From positions 1-64,000 of the forward strand of contig JBIJDH010000020.1 of the NCBI GenBank assembly GCA_044344255.1: DNA of 64,000 nucleotides, written 5' to 3'. Below are positions 59,343-64,000 of the stretch, piece by piece; within the stretch, counting starts at the first letter, position 1, and the number at the start of each line of letters is the position of its first letter. The position numbers and the translations under genes are program-made. This stretch comes from Myxococcota bacterium (GTDB lineage Bacteria > Myxococcota_A > UBA796 > UBA2385). Under the pieces are notes generated by a model that ran no database searches, had not been told where the DNA came from, and saw only the letters and a program-made list of their open reading frames with translations.

Positions 59343-59783
59343 GTGGGCTCTCTCGGCGAGAACATCAAGGACAAGTTGAAGCGTAAGGCCGTCATCGACG
59401 ACTGCGCCCTGCTCATCGAGGCCGAGGTCGGCGACAAGGGAGGCCTCTCCGGCATCGCCATCAAGACCGGCTATCGGGCGGTGCGCGGCCTGAAGCCCGG
59501 CATGATCGAGATGTCCTTGGACGCCCTCCTCGACGACTTCGCCGCCCGGGTCGACCCGCTGTGGGCCGAGTGCCAGGCCAAGAAGGAGAACCCGCGGGCC
59601 TACTTCCAGCGCCGCTCGGCCGAGGTCGCCAACGCCCTGCTCGGCGTCACCGACGACCGCGCCAAGCGCAGCAAGCACGACCTGCTCGTCAAGACCTACC
59701 AGTCGCTGCGCGGCAAGGCCGTGGAGCACATCGCCACGGCCATGCCCCGCTTCGCCGACCTGCTGGTCAAGCACGCCGCCTGA
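59343..59783 (+). CDS. Conserved hypothetical protein (DUF6918-like)
   Basis: GGAGG RBS; 'EAEVGDKGGLSGIAIKTGY', 'ANALLGVTDDRA', 'Y..LR..A..H'. Confidence 0.82.
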   Translation: MGSLGENIKDKLKRKAVIDDCALLIEAEVGDKGGLSGIAIKTGYRAVRGLKPGMIEMSLDALLDDFAARVDPLWAECQAKKENPRAYFQRRSAEVANALLGVTDDRAKRSKHDLLVKTYQSLRGKAVEHIATAMPRFADLLVKHAA

Positions 59784-59790
59784 GCCGCGC

Positions 59791-60546
59791 TCAGGCCCGC
59801 CGCCAGTCTCGCCACCCCTCGAAGAGGCCCGCCAGCCGCTCGAGGCTGGGGCCATCCCGGCAGATCTGCCCCAGACCGAGCCCCAGCACCACCGGGGTGA
59901 AACGCCCGCCGCCGAGCAGGCGGAGGTGCCCGGAGATCGCGTGCCGCTGCGCCTCACCGGATTGGCGGTGTAGCGTGGCGCCGCCCCAGTGCCCGCAGCG
60001 GGCCCCCGGCACGAGCCGAGGCGGTCGCCCGAGGGCGCGGAGCCGCCGGCAGAGCTCTATGTCCTCAAAGCCGTGACGGAAGGCGGGATCGAAGCGCAAG
60101 GACGTGGGGAGCAGCAGGCAGGCCCCGCTGTAAGCGTCCGCCACCTCGCCGGGGCGGGCCGCGCGCACCCGCCCCCAGCGACGGGTGACGATGCCCCGCT
60201 CCACCGCGCCGCCCTCCCCCACGAGGGTGGGGGCGAGGGCGCCGTCGCCGTCGGTCCAGGCGGCGACGAGGGCGTCGAGGCAGCCGGGCTCCGGCGCGGC
60301 GTCATCATTCAGGAGGAGGGCGTGGCTGTCTCCAGCGGCCTCCGCCCAGGCGAGGCCCGCGTTGGCGGCGCGGGCGAAGCCGAGCGCTCCCTCGGTCCGC
60401 AGCACGGGCGCGCCCACCTCGCCGAGGGGCGCCCGACCGGGGGGCCCGTCGTCTACCACCAGCGCGGGCCAACCCTGCACCGCGAGCAAGGCCCGCCCGA
60501 GCAAGGCACGCCGGCTGTGGTGGGGGATGATGACCCGCAGGCGCAC
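59791..60546 (-). CDS. Family 2 glycosyltransferase
   Basis: Start GTG at 60546 (TAGTG overlap); 'VIIP', 'VVDDG', 'GFARAANAG', 'LLNDDA', 'SGACLL', 'FEDIELCRR'. Confidence 0.88.
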   Translation of the reverse strand: MRLRVIIPHHSRRALLGRALLAVQGWPALVVDDGPPGRAPLGEVGAPVLRTEGALGFARAANAGLAWAEAAGDSHALLLNDDAAPEPGCLDALVAAWTDGDGALAPTLVGEGGAVERGIVTRRWGRVRAARPGEVADAYSGACLLLPTSLRFDPAFRHGFEDIELCRRLRALGRPPRLVPGARCGHWGGATLHRQSGEAQRHAISGHLRLLGGGRFTPVVLGLGLGQICRDGPSLERLAGLFEGWRDWRRA

Positions 60547-61310
60547 TACTGGAGCTCGGTCTTGCCGGGCGGGGGGCGGTCGTCCTTCTTGAGGACCAGA
60601 TCGATGTGGTCTCGGTCGCCGGCCGTGTTGACGGGGTTGCCGGGGTACCAGACCGCCGGATCGGAGGGCCCGGGGCGCCCGTCCTTGTTCTCGTCGGCGA
60701 AGGCCCCCACCCACACCTTGGGCGAGGCGGCCGGCACCTGCACGGAGTAGGGGCCCGGCTTGTCGAGGCGGGCCATGCCGACCACGCTCGGGCGCTTGCC
60801 GCCGATCTCCCGCTGATCGCCGTCAAAGACGTCGATGCGGATCGGCCCGCCGCCCCAGCCCTCCACCGTGAGCGTGCCCTGGATGGCCACCATCGGGGCG
60901 TCCGCTGGGATCCCGGCGCCCCCGCCCGGATCTCCGACGGCGCCCCCCGGCGGCGGCCCGGTGGGGACCCCCGGGGCCGGCTGCTCCGGTCGCCCGGGCG
61001 GCGGCTGTCCACCCTCCGCGAGCGGCGGCGCCGACGGGCTCCCGAAGGGCGGCGGCGCCGGCTGACCGACCCCCGCCGGCTGCCCCGGTGAGCCCCCTGC
61101 GGCACCGCCCCCGCTCCCGCCTGCGGCCCCGTCGACCGACTTCGTGTCGAGGTCGCGCGCCCGCGAGAGGATGGGGTCCTCCCCACCACAGGCCGCGGCG
61201 AGCCAGAGGCCCAGCACGCCGACCCGCGGCAAGACAGGGAGCGCCTGAGCCAAGGCCCGCACCGACGGTCGGCCCTCCGAGACGAGCAGGTTGTTCCGGA
61301 TCCAGATCAT
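60546..61310 (-). CDS. Pro/Gly-rich lipoprotein, hypothetical (start uncertain)
   Basis: Lipobox 'LAAAC'; C-terminal Ig-like domain with 'AFADENKDGRPGPSD'. Confidence 0.75.
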   Translation of the reverse strand: MIWIRNNLLVSEGRPSVRALAQALPVLPRVGVLGLWLAAACGGEDPILSRARDLDTKSVDGAAGGSGGGAAGGSPGQPAGVGQPAPPPFGSPSAPPLAEGGQPPPGRPEQPAPGVPTGPPPGGAVGDPGGGAGIPADAPMVAIQGTLTVEGWGGGPIRIDVFDGDQREIGGKRPSVVGMARLDKPGPYSVQVPAASPKVWVGAFADENKDGRPGPSDPAVWYPGNPVNTAGDRDHIDLVLKKDDRPPPGKTELQ

Positions 61311-61388
61311 GGGTTTGGCCCCTCGCAGAGTCCAGCAGGGCGTAGAATTCTCGCGCCCTCCGGCGGCTCCGTGATAACCTGCCGCGGC

Positions 61389-62030
61389 ATGTCCTCCGAA
61401 GGCCCAATGACCGGCTCATCCTCTCCCGCCGGCTCCCCGTCGATCAACCCCTCCGAGCCGGAGGGGTCCTTCTTCGGCCGCATGGTGCAGGCGGCGCTCA
61501 GCTCCGCCATCCTGGGCATGGTCACGAAGGTGTACGTGCCGGTCCTCTTCCCCCTCACCTTCCTCATCGGCCTCACGGCCCTGTGGATGGACAAGGCGCT
61601 CGGCTTCGGCGACGGCTTCCTGCCCGAGAGCGCCAAGTGGTGGGTCGCCGGGGGCTCCTTCCTGCTCGGCACCTTCCTCTGGCTCTGGACCTACGAGCAG
61701 CTCACCCGCGAGGGCAAGGGCTCGCCCTCCCCCACCGCCGGTCGAACCACGGTGCTCGTCACCACCGGCATCTACGCCCACAGCCGAAACCCATCCCTGT
61801 TCGGCAAGCTGCTCGGCGTGCTGGCCGTGGGGATGGTGATGAACTCCTTCTCCTTCTGCTTCATCCTGATCCCGGCGCTGCTCGTGGGCTCGCTCGTGGA
61901 GAAGGTTTGGCGCCAGGAACCACAGCTCGTCGAGATCTTCGGCGAGGAGTACCTGCGCTACCAAAAAGATGTCCCACTTTTCATTCCCTGGAAGCTCTTC
62001 CTCCCAGGGAAACGTCAGGGTAGCACCTGA
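61389..62030 (+). CDS. Isoprenylcysteine carboxyl methyltransferase/PEMT family membrane methyltransferase
   Basis: 'GKGSPSP', 'LVTTGIYAHSRNP', 'EPQL...FGEEYLRYQKDVPLFIP'. Confidence 0.88.
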   Translation: MSSEGPMTGSSSPAGSPSINPSEPEGSFFGRMVQAALSSAILGMVTKVYVPVLFPLTFLIGLTALWMDKALGFGDGFLPESAKWWVAGGSFLLGTFLWLWTYEQLTREGKGSPSPTAGRTTVLVTTGIYAHSRNPSLFGKLLGVLAVGMVMNSFSFCFILIPALLVGSLVEKVWRQEPQLVEIFGEEYLRYQKDVPLFIPWKLFLPGKRQGST

Positions 62031-62079
62031 GGTAGCACTTCCCCTCGCCGAGACCCGGCCGACTCCCGGAGGCCCGACC

Positions 62080-63531
62080 ATGGACGTCACGCTCATCAAT
62101 CCCCCCGAGAAGCTCCGTGTATGGGCGGGGATCCCCAAGGCCCACGCGCACGGCGTGTACTGCTTCCCGCCCCTCGGGCTCATGTACATCCAGGCCGCCG
62201 TGGAGAAGCGCTCCCACTACAAGGCGGAGATCGTCGATCCGGTGATCGATGACCTCGACTACCCCGACTTCGAGCAGATGCTCCGCCGCTATCCGCTCGA
62301 CCTCGTCGGCATCAGCGCCTACACGCACTCGCTGCCCGACGTGCAGATGACGGTGAACCTCGTTCGGAAGATCAACCCGAACGCCAAGATCGTGCTGGGC
62401 GGCCCCCACACGACCATGTTCCCCGAGTACGCCATCCAGCTCCAGGGCATCGACGCCATCACCACCGGCGACGGCGAAGACGCCTTCCTCGACATGGTGA
62501 AGAACCACGACAAGGGCAAGGGCTTCGAGGGCGTCAACGGCATCTGGTGGAAGGAGCGCGACGGCAAGGTCCACAAGGAGAAGGAGCTCCCCTCCACGCG
62601 TGACCTCACCGCCTACCCTTGGCCCGACCGCAGCCGCGTCCGCTACAAGGACTACTACCTGCCGGGCACCAAGCAGCCGATGGTCACCACGGCCATCACG
62701 AGCCGCGGCTGCCCGCACTCCTGCCCGTTCTGCCTCACGTACAAGAAGCAGTACCGCATCCGCGACATCGACAACATCCTCGATGAGATGGAGAACTGCC
62801 TCAGCCTCGGCATCACCGAGGTGCACTTCATCGACGACCTCTTCACGCCCAACAGCCAGTGGGTCTTGAAGTTCTGCGACGCTATCGAGCGCCGCGGCAT
62901 CAAGTTCAACTGGGGCTACAAGACGACCATCGCGGGCACCACCCGCGAGCAGATCCGTCGCTGCTCCGAGACCGGCTGCACGAAGATCCACTTCGGCGTC
63001 GAATCGGCGAACAACGAGGGGCTCGACGTCTGGGGCAAGCACTGCGACACCGACGACGTGCACCGCGTCTTCAAGTGGTGCCGCGAGGAGGGCGTCCGCT
63101 CCGTCGCCTACATCATGCTGGGCGGCCCCCACGAGCGCACCCTCGCCGACGCCGTCAAGAACATCGACGAGATGATCAAGCTGGACGCCGAGTTCGCCGT
63201 CTTCGCCGTCTTCTCGCCCTACCCGGGCACCGAGTCCTTCGCCGATGGCGCCAAGAAGGGCCTCTACGCCTCGGACTGCTGGGACCGGATGATGAAGGAC
63301 CCCCTCTGCGGCGTGGAGGTGCCCGTCTGCTGGGAGGAGCACCTCACCCGCGAAGAGATCCTGGAGCTGCTGAAGATCTCGCACCGCAAGTTCTACATGC
63401 GGCCGAAGTTCATCGCGCGCCAGGTCTTCGGGCTCCAGACGAAGGAGGAGTTCATGCGGCTCGCCCGCGGCGCCCTCTCCATCGCCAAGCTCGAGGTCCT
63501 CCAGTCGAACAGCCGCACCGCGCCGGTCTAG
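62080..63531 (+). CDS. Cobalamin-binding radical SAM enzyme (class B methylase/BchE-like)
   Basis: Start moved to MDVTLINPP; 'PPLGLMYI', 'VLGGPH', 'GDGE', 'TSRGCPHSCPFC', 'FIDDLF', 'FGVES', 'PYPGT'. Confidence 0.95.
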   Translation: MDVTLINPPEKLRVWAGIPKAHAHGVYCFPPLGLMYIQAAVEKRSHYKAEIVDPVIDDLDYPDFEQMLRRYPLDLVGISAYTHSLPDVQMTVNLVRKINPNAKIVLGGPHTTMFPEYAIQLQGIDAITTGDGEDAFLDMVKNHDKGKGFEGVNGIWWKERDGKVHKEKELPSTRDLTAYPWPDRSRVRYKDYYLPGTKQPMVTTAITSRGCPHSCPFCLTYKKQYRIRDIDNILDEMENCLSLGITEVHFIDDLFTPNSQWVLKFCDAIERRGIKFNWGYKTTIAGTTREQIRRCSETGCTKIHFGVESANNEGLDVWGKHCDTDDVHRVFKWCREEGVRSVAYIMLGGPHERTLADAVKNIDEMIKLDAEFAVFAVFSPYPGTESFADGAKKGLYASDCWDRMMKDPLCGVEVPVCWEEHLTREEILELLKISHRKFYMRPKFIARQVFGLQTKEEFMRLARGALSIAKLEVLQSNSRTAPV

Positions 63532-63536
63532 GCGAG

Positions 63537-63824
63537 TTGCGACGATCGGCCCTCGCCCTGCTCTTCATCCTCCTCCCGGTCGCCCGGGCGGAGGATGTCG
63601 GCGTCGACGAGGCCGCCGAGGAGGCCTGGCTGCTGCGGAGCTCCCGCATGGAGGGCGCTTCGGCGGGCGTCACAGAGGCCGCCAGCGCGCTCGAGGAGGC
63701 CGCCGACCGCGTGGCGAAGAGCGGCCGCCTCCAGGCCCTCTCCGAGCTCCGCGGCTTGGGCAACCAGCTCAACCGTCAGGTGGCCTCGGCCCGCCTGGCG
63801 GCGGAGGTCCTGGACCAGCCCTGA
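63537..63824 (+). CDS. Small secreted helical protein, hypothetical
   Basis: TTG start; signal peptide 'RRSALALLFILLPVARA-ED'. Confidence 0.6.
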   Translation: MRRSALALLFILLPVARAEDVGVDEAAEEAWLLRSSRMEGASAGVTEAASALEEAADRVAKSGRLQALSELRGLGNQLNRQVASARLAAEVLDQP

Positions 63825-63956
63825 TCCCCCGCAGTCGAGGGGCCGGTTTGACCCCTCCCACCGTTGGGGTAAGGCCGCCCGAGGAGCCCTCCGGCACGAT
63901 ATGCGGCCGCAGGGCACGATCCATCATCGAAAGCCCCTTCGAGAAGAGGTGACTCC

Positions 63957-64000
63957 ATGCGCGTGATGCTCATTCGGCCCCCGGCCCGTCACACCGTGGA
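63957..64000 (+). CDS. 5' end of a probable second B12-binding radical SAM protein (cut by the window edge)
   Basis: GAGG RBS; 'MRVMLIRPPARHTV' resembles the N-terminal 'M.V.LI.PP' of this family. Confidence 0.55.
   Translation, partial: MRVMLIRPPARHTV

Noticed and set aside
63825..63956. Hairpin (gagggg...cccctc, 63837-63857) before the second radical SAM gene, considered as a cobalamin riboswitch
   Set aside because: Lacks recognisable B12-box motifs and is short; more likely a simple stem-loop.

Overview
Very GC-rich, gene-dense bacterial chromosome segment with about 60 CDS. It is most consistent with an uncultured Myxococcota/deltaproteobacterial lineage: MYXO-CTERM-like C-terminal tails, Cys/Asp-rich 'DCDD...CDGxDNNCDG' repeats, DADADAD-repeat and Cys-rich surface proteins. 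Housekeeping genes include rplU-rpmA-obgE-(lipoprotein)-rsfS-rlmH, thyX, aat and an AlaX editing protein. I saw no rRNA, tRNA, CRISPR array or intact mobile element; the only mobile trace is a collapsed ISAs1 transposase remnant. Most notable: (1) a co-oriented four-gene cluster of a Ddl-like ATP-grasp ligase, an SsnA-like amidohydrolase, a membrane-anchored permuted NlpC/P60 amidase and a DapF homolog with both catalytic cysteines replaced by serine; (2) a translationally coupled operon with two paralogous solute-binding proteins (one fused to a VWA domain) and a membrane coiled-coil protein, without permease or ATPase; (3) a signalling island with an Hpt protein and a REC-PAS-pseudokinase (His->Phe)-REC-REC-EAL protein; (4) a shortened YgfK-like Fe-S flavoprotein coupled to a PLP enzyme; (5) a membrane zincin with cytoplasmic L7/L12-CTD-like and B-box-like domains; (6) repeated short tandem duplications at gene starts and stops; (7) readable operator palindromes next to FadR-type, LysR-type and BzdR/BoxR-type regulators. 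All calls come from motif recognition by eye; no database searches were run.
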